This document shows, piece after piece, positions 19,385 to 29,011 of a stretch of 64,000 nucleotides of DNA. This DNA comes from a virus: IMG/VR virus record IMGVR_UViG_3300006149_000007; one strand, given 5' to 3'. The notes under the pieces are model-generated. The model was given only the letters and a program-made list of their open reading frames with translations, was not told the origin of the DNA and ran no database searches. Both the position numbers and the translations under genes were made by a program. The number at the start of each line of letters is the position of its first letter. Position 1 is the stretch's first letter.

Positions 19385-19990
19385 ATGCAGAGAAAAACAA
19401 AGAAGAATCTTTCGAGAGTTAAAGCCATAGAGCAAGCCAACAAAAAGCGTCTACTTGCGGTTAATCCGAAGCTTGACGAGGAAAGCGGGATTTACTTTTT
19501 GACAAGGGTTGATGAAAACGAAATCAAATATGCGTATATCGGGCAGGCAAAGCACATTCTGACACGCCTTGCACAGCACCTTACATCATATCAGCATATA
19601 GACTTGAGCCTTAAAAAGCATGGTTTATATTTGGCTGATAATCCGTATGGTTGGAAAATCGGATTTATGCACTTTCCTTTATCGGAATTAGACGAAAAGG
19701 AACAGCATTACATAAAGATGTACGCACAGAACGGTTATCAACTACGGAATAAGACCGCAGGAGGATAAGGCGAGGGGAAACAGCAGATTGACGAATACCG
19801 ACCGCAAAAAGGCTACCATGACGGAATTTTACAGGGCAAGAAAACCCTTGCAAGGGAGTTATCACAGATTATCAGCAAGCACTTGACCGTAAGGCTGAAA
19901 GAGGAAAAGCGGGGGAATAAGGTGTCGCAGAAACAGTTGGAGAAGTTTAATCAGTTGTTGGACGAAAAGAATTATGGAGGAAGTGAGTAA
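19385..19990 (+). pseudogene. GIY-YIG nuclease with an in-frame TAA (19766-19768) followed by 73 more open codons
   Basis: GIYFL..YAYIGQA..R..E..N core is present. After ..NKTAGG* the same frame reads GEGKQQIDEYRPQKGYHDG... up to the TAA at 19988-19990, which abuts the next gene's ATG. Confidence 0.6.
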
Positions 19991-21099
19991 ATGGCACGTC
20001 ACGAGTTATGGGAATTAAAACAAATGCAGTCCTTGCCACTGCAAGCCAAAATCCAAATGACAAGACGGCGGATAAGAGGTTGGATTGATGAATTTGGAGA
20101 AGATGGCGTATATGTCAGCTTTTCGGGTGGCAAGGACAGTACGGTTTTACTTGATATAGTCCGAAAGGATTATCCGAACATAAAGGCTGTATTTATTGAT
20201 ACGGGGCTTGAATATCCGCAAATTAGAGCATTTGTAAAAAATTATGAAAATGTAGATGTTGTCAGACCTTCAATGAATTTTAGAGATGTAATTATTCAAT
20301 ACGGTTATCCAGTAATCGGGAAAGAAGTATCTCAATCATTATATGAAGCAAGGCATTTGAAAAATGGAAAAACAAAACAAACGAGAATGCAGCAGTTTCT
20401 TGGTGAAATTGATATGCAATACATGAAGGATTTTTCGAGATACAAATACTTACTCAATGCTCCGTTTGAAATATCTCATAAATGCTGTAATGTGATGAAA
20501 AAATCTCCTGCTAAAAGATATGCCAAACAAAATCATGTTACAAGAATTATGGCAACTATGGCAGAAGAAAGCAAATTAAGGCTAACAAAATGGTTGAAAG
20601 AGGGCTGCAATTCTTTTGAATCAAAAGAGCCAAACAGTACACCAATGTCCTTTTGGACAGAGCAAGATATCCTCACATACATACATACAACCTTACCATT
20701 GCAGACGCATACGGTCAAGTGGTTGTTAAAAATGATGGCGTTGACGGACAAATGAACATACATGACTACTTAGGAGATTACCGAGGTTGCCAGTACGAAA
20801 CAACGGGGTGCAAGAGAACAGGCTGTATTTTTTGCGGATTTGGTATCACGCAAGACAAACAGCGGTTTGTAAGGCTTTCAGAGCAAGAACCGAAACTATG
20901 TGATTATGTCATGCGTGGTGGCAAGTTTTCAGAAAACGCAATGTGGCAACCAAGTAAAGACGGATTGGGATATTGGTTTGTGATTGAATGGCTTAATGTG
21001 CATGGAAATCTGAAAATTGGTATACCGAATAGGGATTACTACATGGATAAGTATTGTACGGAGGAAAATAGGAAGTATTTGGAATTGGAGAGAGATTAG
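19991..21099 (+). pseudogene. PAPS-reductase/PP-loop family protein (phage DndC/IbrA-like), frameshifted
   Basis: PP-loop SFSGGKDS and C-terminal Cys cluster TGCKRTGCIFCGFG. The two halves lie in different frames and join at an (ACAT)n tract. Confidence 0.7.
20675..20689 (+). repeat. Tetranucleotide repeat (ACAT)3ACA at the frameshift point
   Basis: cACATACATACATACAacc. Adding one ACAT unit would give ..WTEQDILTYIHTYNLTIADAYGQVV.. in a single frame. Confidence 0.85.
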
Positions 21100-21100
21100 A

Positions 21101-21271
21101 ATGGAAAAACAAACATTCCTGCAAAGGATTTTATTAAAGATATTGAAGAAATTAGGATTAATCAAGGAATTTGAGGTTGGTAAGGCTGATATGTGCAAAA
21201 GAGCGATTGATTCGGGTGTATGCCCTAATGCTTGTGAAATTTGTGCATGGAACAGTGAAAGAAAATTATAA
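21101..21271 (+). CDS. hypothetical small Cys-containing protein
   Basis: MEKQTFLQRILL...CPNACEICAW. The ATG lies just after the previous stop. Confidence 0.4.
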   Translation: MEKQTFLQRILLKILKKLGLIKEFEVGKADMCKRAIDSGVCPNACEICAWNSERKL

Positions 21272-21287
21272 GAAATGAGGTGCGGCT

Positions 21288-21719
21288 ATGAGTGACATCA
21301 TAGAGGAAAAGGACAAAGTTTTGTCATTTAATCTTTTCAAAGTCGAAAAGGGTAGGGAGAAAATCTGTAAATGCAATCCGCCACATTACACAATCGACGT
21401 GGATAACAGAATTGTTACTTGCGATGATTGTGGTGCTACATTGGATGCTTTTGAGGCTCTTATGGCTCTTTATAGTCACATAGATAGATATAGAGAGTAT
21501 CAACAGAAAGCACTTGAAAAATGCAAATTGTATGGAGAATGGGCGGATAAGGAATGGCGTAGGAGAATGAAAAACGCCGCATTTAAGGATATGGACAAAC
21601 AGTATCAAGAGGGAATGCTGCCACATTGCCCGAAATGCGGAGAGGTTTTTGGACCTATGGAAATAACGAGTTGGACAAATAAGAAATACGTCAAGTCTGG
21701 CGGTGTTGCGGGTGAATAG
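21288..21719 (+). CDS. zinc-finger protein, unknown function
   Basis: CKC...CDDCG...CPKCG motifs. Confidence 0.5.
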   Translation: MSDIIEEKDKVLSFNLFKVEKGREKICKCNPPHYTIDVDNRIVTCDDCGATLDAFEALMALYSHIDRYREYQQKALEKCKLYGEWADKEWRRRMKNAAFKDMDKQYQEGMLPHCPKCGEVFGPMEITSWTNKKYVKSGGVAGE

Positions 21720-21734
21720 ATTGGAGGTAGCGGA

Positions 21735-22709
21735 ATGACAGAGAACGTAAAAGATTTTTTGAAAGATATTGATGAATTAGAAAAATATAGGGGTTTTGGA
21801 ACTGTTGAAGAAGTCAAAAAGATGATAAAGGAAGAATATGTACTTAAATTTTATTATTGTGAATCGGAAGATGAATACTATATCGGGAAACGTATTGACA
21901 CAATGTATTATGCCAAGTATTCAAAAACAGGGTTTGTATGGTGCATGTCAAGGTATCTTCCGTGGGGCGAACACGTTGTTGAACCAAATACACTTTGGAA
22001 AGAACATACATATCCAAGTGAACCGAAAGAAATTCCATTTTTTGATTGGCTACAAGGATTTATTAAGAAATACTGTTTAGGAACAGTCGAGGAATGTCGG
22101 GAGGCAAGGGAAAGACAGATACCCAAAATCCCTAACATTTGGGGTGACGGTTACGACAATGAGGGCAATATGATTTATGATATGTACGACTGCCCGAATT
22201 GTGGTAAAAGTTATGAAATGGAATGTGAGGAATACAAGTATTGCCCTGAATGTGGACAACATATTAAATGTGGAAGTGGTACAGAAGAACCAAAAACGGC
22301 AAATATGGAGCATTCAGGTAGGTATTATGAAGATGATATTTTTCAAAAAATCATTTCAGATTTAGATAGAAAAATTGGCACGCAGCTAAAAATTATAGCT
22401 AGTCCCAAGGATGAAATATATAGATATGGGTACACCAAAAGTCTTGAAGCTTATCAGCAAGCTAAATTGATGATTCAAATTTCTCTTGAAGAATATAAGG
22501 GAAAACAGTCAGATGTACATTATGGCAACGGGTGGATTGCGTGTGAGGATAGGTTGCCCGAAATAAGAAAACCCGTACTTATATGTGACGCAAATGGAAA
22601 TGTGTGTATTAGACAGATTATGCGAATAGATGAATTTGGAATGGTATGGTGGTCGCAATATAGCACTGCGGTAGCATGGAAACTATTACCCGAACCCTAC
22701 CACCCATAA
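21735..22709 (+). CDS. hypothetical protein with a C-terminal DUF551-like domain
   Basis: C-terminus GWIACEDRLPE...VWWSQYSTAVAWKLLPEPY. The central part has a CPNCG...CPECG ribbon. Confidence 0.55.
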   Translation: MTENVKDFLKDIDELEKYRGFGTVEEVKKMIKEEYVLKFYYCESEDEYYIGKRIDTMYYAKYSKTGFVWCMSRYLPWGEHVVEPNTLWKEHTYPSEPKEIPFFDWLQGFIKKYCLGTVEECREARERQIPKIPNIWGDGYDNEGNMIYDMYDCPNCGKSYEMECEEYKYCPECGQHIKCGSGTEEPKTANMEHSGRYYEDDIFQKIISDLDRKIGTQLKIIASPKDEIYRYGYTKSLEAYQQAKLMIQISLEEYKGKQSDVHYGNGWIACEDRLPEIRKPVLICDANGNVCIRQIMRIDEFGMVWWSQYSTAVAWKLLPEPYHP

Positions 22710-22757
22710 CCGCAAAGGAGTTGATTACATTGCAGGAATTTATAACTATCGAGGCAG

Positions 22758-23648
22758 GTGGTTGAATTGAATGGATGGTTTAAGTTTCACAGGAAAATAT
22801 TTGAAAACCCGATATGCAACAAAGATTCCGAGTATTTTCATGTTTGGTGTTGGATTTTAGCAAACGCTGAATTTGAGGAAAAGAGAGTGCTGTTTGGTGG
22901 AGAAGATATTGTTTTGCAAAAAGGGCAGATGATAACGACATCAAAAGAAATCGCTCAAAGTCTGAATATAAACGAGAGTAAAGTCAGAAGAATTTTGAAA
23001 AGCCTTGAAAATGCCAAACAAATTGACAGACAAACAAGCACGAGAAACTCACTAATTACGGTGGTTAATTGGCATTTGTACCAAAATAGTGACGGACAAA
23101 ATGACGAACTAGTGACGGACAAGTGGCAAACAACTGACGGACAAGTGACGGACAAGCGACAAACGAGTGGCGAACCTTCTTATTATATAAAGAATAAAAG
23201 AATGGAAGAAAAGGAAGAAGATAAGAAAGAGGAAATCGTTTCCCCAGTTTCCGAATTTTCAAACTGCTCTGATATTCAATCTATACTGACGGCATGGAAC
23301 GAATTGGAGCGATACGGCATAAAGGCAGTAACAAAATTAAAAAGCACAACTAAAAGATACAATTGGTTGTCAGCAAGGATAAAGGAATACAGCGTTGATG
23401 ATGTGCTGACTGCCATAGAAAACATAAAACAGAGTGATTTTTTACAAGGCAAGAACAACAGAGGTTGGGTAATAACATTTGATTGGTTTGTAAGACCAAA
23501 CAATTTCCCAAAGGTTCTTGATGGGAATTATTCAAAAAATGATATGCAGACCGAAAGAAAGTCTTATGTGGGCAACTCAAGGGATGAACAATTTCAAAGG
23601 CTTATGGAACAGATAAGGAGGGATGAAGAAAATGCGAATAGAGGATAG
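22758..23648 (+). CDS. phage replisome organizer / replication initiator
   Basis: N-terminal wHTH (GWFKFHRKIFENP...). C-terminus GWVITFDWFVRPNNFPKVLDGNY is the conserved phage C-terminus motif. The gene contains internal iterons. Confidence 0.7.
   Translation: MVELNGWFKFHRKIFENPICNKDSEYFHVWCWILANAEFEEKRVLFGGEDIVLQKGQMITTSKEIAQSLNINESKVRRILKSLENAKQIDRQTSTRNSLITVVNWHLYQNSDGQNDELVTDKWQTTDGQVTDKRQTSGEPSYYIKNKRMEEKEEDKKEEIVSPVSEFSNCSDIQSILTAWNELERYGIKAVTKLKSTTKRYNWLSARIKEYSVDDVLTAIENIKQSDFLQGKNNRGWVITFDWFVRPNNFPKVLDGNYSKNDMQTERKSYVGNSRDEQFQRLMEQIRRDEENANRG
23089..23155 (+). repeat. Iterons (4 x GTGACGGACAA): putative origin inside the organizer gene
   Basis: Copies at 23089, 23112, 23134 (CTGACGGACAA) and 23145. 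Confidence 0.7.
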
Positions 23649-24303
23649 CCGCAAACTGATAGCGGTGCTTATGGTTACATATCCGAACTATAAACCGATT
23701 GATACAGAATTAGCGGCTAAAACATGGGCAGATGTAACAGAGGAATACACTTATGAGCAAGTAGATATGGCGTTGCGAAGTTATATAAAGTCAAATACAA
23801 GCGGTTTTGCTCCTGCTCCTGGTCAAATCATAGATAAGATACATACCATGACACAACCGCAGGAATTAAACGAAATGGAAGCATGGTCACTTGTCTATAA
23901 GGCAATCTGCAACAGTACATACAATTCTGTTTCAGAGTTTGAAAAGTTGCCGCCACTTGTTCAAAAAGCAGTAGGGTTGCCAGACAGTTTGCGAGAATGG
24001 GCGATGACGGAAAACCTTAATCACGAGGTTGTGATGTCCAACTTTCAGCGGGCATACAAAACAGAACTGAAACGCCACGAGGAATTTCAAAGAATGCCGC
24101 AGAACGTCCGAAAACTCATAGAAAAGGCAAATGTCGGCTCATATTCGGCTCAAATAGCCGAGAGAAGACAGCAAGCCATAGAAAGTGCCAGCGATAGGAA
24201 ACAAGCCGAAATCAAGGCATTAGAGATGAAACATGAGGGCGTACCAATGCCAGAGAGATATAAGGAAAGATTGGAGGATATGAGGGATGAAGATATTGTA
24301 TGA
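23632..24303 (+). CDS. helicase-loader-like protein (SPP1 G39P-like)
   Basis: MRIEDSRKLIAVLMVTYPNYKP...WADVTEEYTYEQV resembles the G39P N-terminal domain. Position is directly after the organizer gene. Confidence 0.5.
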   Translation: MRIEDSRKLIAVLMVTYPNYKPIDTELAAKTWADVTEEYTYEQVDMALRSYIKSNTSGFAPAPGQIIDKIHTMTQPQELNEMEAWSLVYKAICNSTYNSVSEFEKLPPLVQKAVGLPDSLREWAMTENLNHEVVMSNFQRAYKTELKRHEEFQRMPQNVRKLIEKANVGSYSAQIAERRQQAIESASDRKQAEIKALEMKHEGVPMPERYKERLEDMRDEDIV

Positions 24304-24697
24304 ATTATCAATAAAATTCCCGGAAAGTGTAGAATTGATAAAACACGAAGTTGATGAATGCGGAGTTTTTGCCAACGGCGAAACATGTAAATTAAATGGG
24401 GTTATAGCTCAAAGTGTAGTTTGCGGTCAATTCGGAAGTCTGACTGATTTATTATGCAATTTTAATATAGGCATACATGGATTTTTTGATGAAAATGCGG
24501 TTTTCCACGACATGAGAGGAAAATTTTCTACTGGTTGGACTGATTTTAAAGATGAAATTCATTTTTATTCTTATAGAAAAGGAGATTGTTTGGCGGTATT
24601 GAAACAGCTTTACAAGTTGCTTGGGGAGCAAAATAAGAAGATTGCAGAAATGAGAAGGAATATTTCAAAATTCAGAAAGGGAAATAGCAATGGATAA
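24287..24697 (+). CDS. hypothetical protein
   Basis: 136-aa ORF in an overlapping operon arrangement. Confidence 0.45.
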   Translation: MKILYELSIKFPESVELIKHEVDECGVFANGETCKLNGVIAQSVVCGQFGSLTDLLCNFNIGIHGFFDENAVFHDMRGKFSTGWTDFKDEIHFYSYRKGDCLAVLKQLYKLLGEQNKKIAEMRRNISKFRKGNSNG

Positions 24698-25100
24698 TAA
24701 AATCACAGTCTACACAGACGGTTCGGCCCTAAACAATGGAAGTTCTGACAGCGGTTGCGGCTGGGCTTGCAAGCTGATTTACCGGGGGCATGAGTTAATG
24801 AAATCTGGCGGCGACAAGGGAAAGACAAATAATGTAATGGAAATGACAGCTGTATTGCAAGCCATGAGAGCCATAACGGACAAGTCTATTCCAGTGGAAG
24901 TGTTTTCAGACAGCAAGTATGTGGTAGAAACACTGAACGGAAATTTTAAGATTAAGAAGAATGTGGAGTTATGGCAAGAACTTATGGCAGAGAAAGGGAA
25001 GTTTGCGGATATTAAGTTTATTTGGGTTAAGGGGCATGACAAAGACAGGCATAATATTGAGGTTGATAAAATGGAGGTTATGGAGGCGAGGAAAGTATGA
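24690..25100 (+). CDS. rnhA: ribonuclease HI
   Basis: VYTDGS (Asp), NNVMEMTAV (Glu), FSDSKYV (Asp), WVKGH...D. Confidence 0.8.
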   Translation: MDNKITVYTDGSALNNGSSDSGCGWACKLIYRGHELMKSGGDKGKTNNVMEMTAVLQAMRAITDKSIPVEVFSDSKYVVETLNGNFKIKKNVELWQELMAEKGKFADIKFIWVKGHDKDRHNIEVDKMEVMEARKV

Positions 25101-25423
25101 GTTTTGATTATCAGAAATTTACATACCATTTGAGAGAGGCGAAAGAAAAGGCTCTTGAAGTGGTTGCAGGAGATGATGGAGGAAGTGCAAATTTAGACAG
25201 ACTTGCAATATCACTTCCAAGATTGAAGGAAGAAAAAGTTATTGAGGCAATCAAAAAGGCAGGACTATGGACGAGTGGTAGACGTAATTGGATTGGAAAG
25301 AGATATTTTATCTCTGCTCCACATGGTTCACAAGGAAACGACAACACAAGACAGATTGAGGCTATGAGAGATTATCTCAAAGAAAAAGGATATGATGTTT
25401 TGATTTATTATCAAATGGATTAA
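25097..25423 (+). CDS. hypothetical protein
   Basis: 108-aa ORF whose start overlaps the previous stop. Confidence 0.5.
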   Translation: MSFDYQKFTYHLREAKEKALEVVAGDDGGSANLDRLAISLPRLKEEKVIEAIKKAGLWTSGRRNWIGKRYFISAPHGSQGNDNTRQIEAMRDYLKEKGYDVLIYYQMD

Positions 25424-25430
25424 AAAAATT

Positions 25431-25988
25431 ATGGAGGTAAAGAGGTTTCTGTGCAGAATAAAGTCGGCTTTACTCCAAAAAATTATGACAGAACGATATG
25501 AGGAATACCATTTTTACAAGGATTTGAAAATCTGCGTCCGCTGTCACAAGAATTTAGCAGAACCGCACAAGGTCATGTGTTTGGAATGTGCCGATAAAGA
25601 CAGCGAACAGAGTAAAAAGAACAGGCAGAGAAATTTAGAGAAACATAAGAAACGGGATTTAGATAAATACAACAGATTGAAAGAAATGGGTATCTGCACA
25701 TACTGTAAGCACGAAAAGGCGGTTGTAGGAAAGACAAAATGTGCGAAATGCCTTGCAAAGATACGGAATAAGAGGAATGCAAAGAAAGCCGACATTGACC
25801 GTTCGGAACGTGTGTCGTATGGGATTTGCTATATATGCGGCAAGGATAAGGTTATGGACGGCAAGGGAGTTTGCGAGAAATGCTATGAGAAACGCATGGA
25901 GAGCATAGGGAAGATTATGTATCTTCCAGGAAGTGATTTTTGGAGGAATGACAATAAACTGGTTTTTGGAAATGGAGGTAGGGAATGA
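25431..25988 (+). CDS. multi-CxxC zinc-finger protein
   Basis: Three repeats of the C..C...C..C type (CVRCH..CLEC, CTYCK..CAKC, CYICG..CEKC). Confidence 0.5.
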   Translation: MEVKRFLCRIKSALLQKIMTERYEEYHFYKDLKICVRCHKNLAEPHKVMCLECADKDSEQSKKNRQRNLEKHKKRDLDKYNRLKEMGICTYCKHEKAVVGKTKCAKCLAKIRNKRNAKKADIDRSERVSYGICYICGKDKVMDGKGVCEKCYEKRMESIGKIMYLPGSDFWRNDNKLVFGNGGRE

Positions 25989-26254
25989 GTAAATCTATTT
26001 TAGTGATTGATACACCGGAAAGTTGCGGTCAATGTCCATGTTTTCTTGAAGTTGCGACAGATTGTTGTGGAATGAATGGAAAGGATATTGACAGTCATAG
26101 TAAACCTGATTGGTGTCCACTGAAAGATGTGCCAAAGAAAACAAGTGTTGGAATTGAGATTTGTATCGGAAATAAAACAGAATGTGTGAAAAGTTACGTT
26201 GATGGCTACAACGCTTGCATTGATGAGATTTTGAAAGGAGATGTTAGAGAATGA
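25985..26254 (+). CDS. hypothetical Cys-rich protein
   Basis: 89-aa ORF; contains SCGQCPCF. Confidence 0.45.
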   Translation: MSKSILVIDTPESCGQCPCFLEVATDCCGMNGKDIDSHSKPDWCPLKDVPKKTSVGIEICIGNKTECVKSYVDGYNACIDEILKGDVRE

Positions 26255-26454
26255 AGGAAACACCGAGGGTTGAGATAAAGGACAAACTGAATCTGACGAT
26301 TGAAGAAGCGGCGGCATACAGCAATATTGGCATTAACAAGATTGGAGAGCTGATTAAACAGCCGAGATGTCCATTTGTTATATACATAGGAAGAAAGCGG
26401 CTAATTAAACGGAAAGAATTTGAAAAATTTATTGAAAATCAAATACAAATATAA
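26251..26454 (+). CDS. xis: excisionase-family HTH DNA-binding protein
   Basis: LNLTIEEAAAYSNIGINKIGELI...FVIYIGRKRLIKRKEFEKFI. Sits directly upstream of the integrase. Confidence 0.7.
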   Translation: MKETPRVEIKDKLNLTIEEAAAYSNIGINKIGELIKQPRCPFVIYIGRKRLIKRKEFEKFIENQIQI

Positions 26455-26536
26455 ATTTATGTGGAAATATAAAGCCTTATGTGGTAATATATAAGTTACT
26501 GTATTAAGGCTTTTTTCACAAGAAAGGAGCCGGATA

Positions 26537-27667
26537 ATGGGAAAGGATTTAAGAGGAAAGGAGTTAGGAGTTGGCATTTGCCAAGTAAAAAGTGGCAAAT
26601 ATGTTGCAAGGTTTACGAACCGCAACGGGAAACGCATTAAAAAAGTATTTGATAAGCTGCAAGAGTGCAGACAATGGCTTGCGGATGCACAGTTTGAGGA
26701 TGAACACGGGAATGTATTGCAAGGAGAGAATCCGACAGTGGACGCATGGTATCATTACTGGATTGATAATGTAAAGGGCGATAACATCCGATTTAACACT
26801 CGAAGAAATTATAACGAGCGTTATGACAAGAACATAAAGCCGCTGATTGGGGATATGCTTTTAAAGGATGTAAAGCCGTTGCATTGCCAGAATGTGCTTA
26901 ATCAAATGGCAGATAGATACGCAAATTCAGTCATTGAACATAGTCGCCTGGTTATGTGGATGATGTTTGACAGTGCAGTTGAAAATGAATTGATTGCCAA
27001 AAATCCAGTAACAAAGAGTGTCAAATGCACAAGTGGACGAAAGTCAAAGGAAATGCGGGCATTGACGATTGAAGAACAGAAGTTATTTCTTGAGACCGTT
27101 AATGGGACAAGCAATTACAACCAGTATGCTTTGCTTTTGCAGACGGGGCTACGAACAGGGGAAATGATAGGATTGCGGTGGTCGGATGTGGATTTTGAAA
27201 ATCGGGTATTACATATCCGCCGCACAATGGAGTACCGACACTCTGTAGGAGAATGGAGAATCGGGGAGCCTAAGACAAAGAACAGCGTTAGAGATGTGCC
27301 ATTGACACAAGAGGCGGTTGATATTCTAAAAAACCAGAAAGAAAAGCTAAAAACACTGAAAGTCAGACCGATAGAGTTTAAGGATATCGTTTTCCTCTGC
27401 CGGGATGGTACGCCAACCAAGAATAGTGCGTATGATACAAAGTTATTCTATTATTGCGACAAGGCAGGAATACCGAGGTTTTCCATGCATGTTTTAAGAC
27501 ACACTTTTGCTACCAGGTGCATAGAAGGTGGTATGCGTCCAAAGACATTACAAACAATATTAGGACATTCAAGTATAGGAATTACTATGAACTTGTATGT
27601 TCATGTGACGGATGATGAAAAGGTAAAAGAAGTACAAAATATTGAAAAAATACTTAAAATCATCTAA
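26537..27667 (+). CDS. int: tyrosine site-specific integrase
   Basis: Catalytic Arg in LLLQTGLRTGE, HVLRHTFATR (HxxR), and LGHSSIGITMNLYVH (His and Tyr). Confidence 0.9.
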   Translation: MGKDLRGKELGVGICQVKSGKYVARFTNRNGKRIKKVFDKLQECRQWLADAQFEDEHGNVLQGENPTVDAWYHYWIDNVKGDNIRFNTRRNYNERYDKNIKPLIGDMLLKDVKPLHCQNVLNQMADRYANSVIEHSRLVMWMMFDSAVENELIAKNPVTKSVKCTSGRKSKEMRALTIEEQKLFLETVNGTSNYNQYALLLQTGLRTGEMIGLRWSDVDFENRVLHIRRTMEYRHSVGEWRIGEPKTKNSVRDVPLTQEAVDILKNQKEKLKTLKVRPIEFKDIVFLCRDGTPTKNSAYDTKLFYYCDKAGIPRFSMHVLRHTFATRCIEGGMRPKTLQTILGHSSIGITMNLYVHVTDDEKVKEVQNIEKILKII

Positions 27668-27931
27668 AATTGGTACTTAAATTGGTACTCGAAGAAATAT
27701 AGATATTAAGAAAACCGCCTATTTTAAGGCATTTACAAGGAGGAATATATAAAAATGAAACTGGGAATCGTAGGATTTTAAGGATTTTTATATAATTATT
27801 TATATTACCTTATATTCTTACAAATCCGCATAAATACAGTATTTTATGCTGATTTAAGTTTTATGTATTTATTTATAAGTTTTTATAATTTTATATCAAA
27901 TTGGTACTCAACTGGTACTCGGTTGGTACTC
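27667..27931 (+). repeat. Five direct TTGGTACTC repeats in two clusters (2 + 3) flanking an AT-rich ~205-bp core: attP-like arm sites
   Basis: aaaTTGGTACTt and aaaTTGGTACTC at 27667-27690. aaaTTGGTACTC, aaCTGGTACTC and ggTTGGTACTC at 27897-27931. Confidence 0.6.
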
Positions 27932-28093
27932 GAAATTTTTTACAAATGAAAGCCTTAATACAGTTTTTTAATTGAATATATATTTGACGATTGACTTTTA
28001 AGCGACCATTATACACCTATTATTGAGCCAATAACGGACTGTTATAGGTTCTTTTTTTATGCGAAAATATAAACGTAAGGAGGTAAAAGTCCT

Positions 28094-28270
28094 ATGTTTA
28101 CAGACACAGTTCTCGAAAAAATCTTCGCACATGTGGAAATGCAGAAAATCCCTATCGGTTTTCAGTCAACAGCCGTTCATGTGTTTGAAGAAATATTAAG
28201 TGATAGATTGGAGGAAAACCCTTATGTCAGCTTATCCGAACTATTCGTTTCAACCACAGCAGATGAATAA
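28094..28270 (+). CDS. hypothetical small protein (58 aa)
   Basis: ATG lies 8 nt after TAAGGAGGT (MFTDTVLEKIFAHVEMQKIP...). Confidence 0.4.
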   Translation: MFTDTVLEKIFAHVEMQKIPIGFQSTAVHVFEEILSDRLEENPYVSLSELFVSTTADE

Positions 28271-28715
28271 CCCATATCAGGGCAGTTATCAGTCCATTCA
28301 GAACCCGTATATGGCACAGATGGGGCAGTATCAGCAGAATTTTCAGCCGCAGGTACAGCAAGTACAACAGCAACAGCAGGGGATAATCGGAAAGATTGTA
28401 AACGACTTTTCCGAACTGACCGCTAATGATGTTCCTATGAACGGAAGTGCAGCATTTTTTCCAAAAGCTGACGGTACAGAATTGCAAGTCAGAAGTTGGA
28501 CACCTAACGGAACGATACAGACAATCGTTTACAAGCCCGTACAGCCCGAAAACCAGTCGGAGGGTACAAATATTCCGCAGATGGATTTTAACGCCTTAAA
28601 TGAGGACGTGAGAGCTTTGAGAGAGGATATTCTGGCAAGGCTTGACGCAATAGAAAAGTCGGTGAGCAAGCCAAGTGCAAAAGGGAAGAGGACAGAGGTA
28701 GTCGAAAATGAGTGA
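28224..28715 (+). CDS. Gln/Asn/Pro/Tyr-rich low-complexity protein with a C-terminal coiled coil
   Basis: MSAYPNYSFQPQQMNNPYQGSYQSIQNPYMAQMGQYQQNFQPQVQQVQQQQQG... A GGAGGA SD precedes the start. Confidence 0.55.
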   Translation: MSAYPNYSFQPQQMNNPYQGSYQSIQNPYMAQMGQYQQNFQPQVQQVQQQQQGIIGKIVNDFSELTANDVPMNGSAAFFPKADGTELQVRSWTPNGTIQTIVYKPVQPENQSEGTNIPQMDFNALNEDVRALREDILARLDAIEKSVSKPSAKGKRTEVVENE

Positions 28716-28911
28716 AGTTAAAGAAAATACAGCAGTTGAAGAAAATAAAGAATGGAAAACGAACGGGTTTGATTGGATTTTTATACTTATTCGTATGCTT
28801 TGCTTTGGCAGTTGGGGAAACTCTGAAAATCCACGCATTTCCGAACTTGAAAAGCAAGTCGCAAGGCTTGAAGGACAGATGTCTATGATTGGAGGTAATC
28901 GGTATGAATAG
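28708..28911 (+). CDS. small membrane protein with coiled coil
   Basis: TM segment FDWIFILIRMLCFGSWG. The start overlaps the previous stop. Confidence 0.45.
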   Translation: MSEVKENTAVEENKEWKTNGFDWIFILIRMLCFGSWGNSENPRISELEKQVARLEGQMSMIGGNRYE

Positions 28912-29011
28912 AAGAAAACAGGCGCAGATTGCACAGGCAATGAAGAGCCGTTCCAATATAGTAAAACAGTTTGCAAGAAAAAAGTCTGAAAAGAAAAGCA
29001 AGGGGGTATGA
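28904..29011 (+). CDS. very basic 35-aa peptide
   Basis: MNRRKQAQIAQAMKSRSNIVKQFARKKSEKKSKGV. A GGAGGT SD lies upstream. Confidence 0.3.
   Translation: MNRRKQAQIAQAMKSRSNIVKQFARKKSEKKSKGV

Noticed and set aside
27667-27931. CRISPR array or other spacer-repeat array
   Set aside because: The repeats are only 9-11 nt, irregularly spaced (2 + 3 copies separated by 205 bp), and adjacent to an integrase. No CRISPR-like arrays were seen anywhere in the window.
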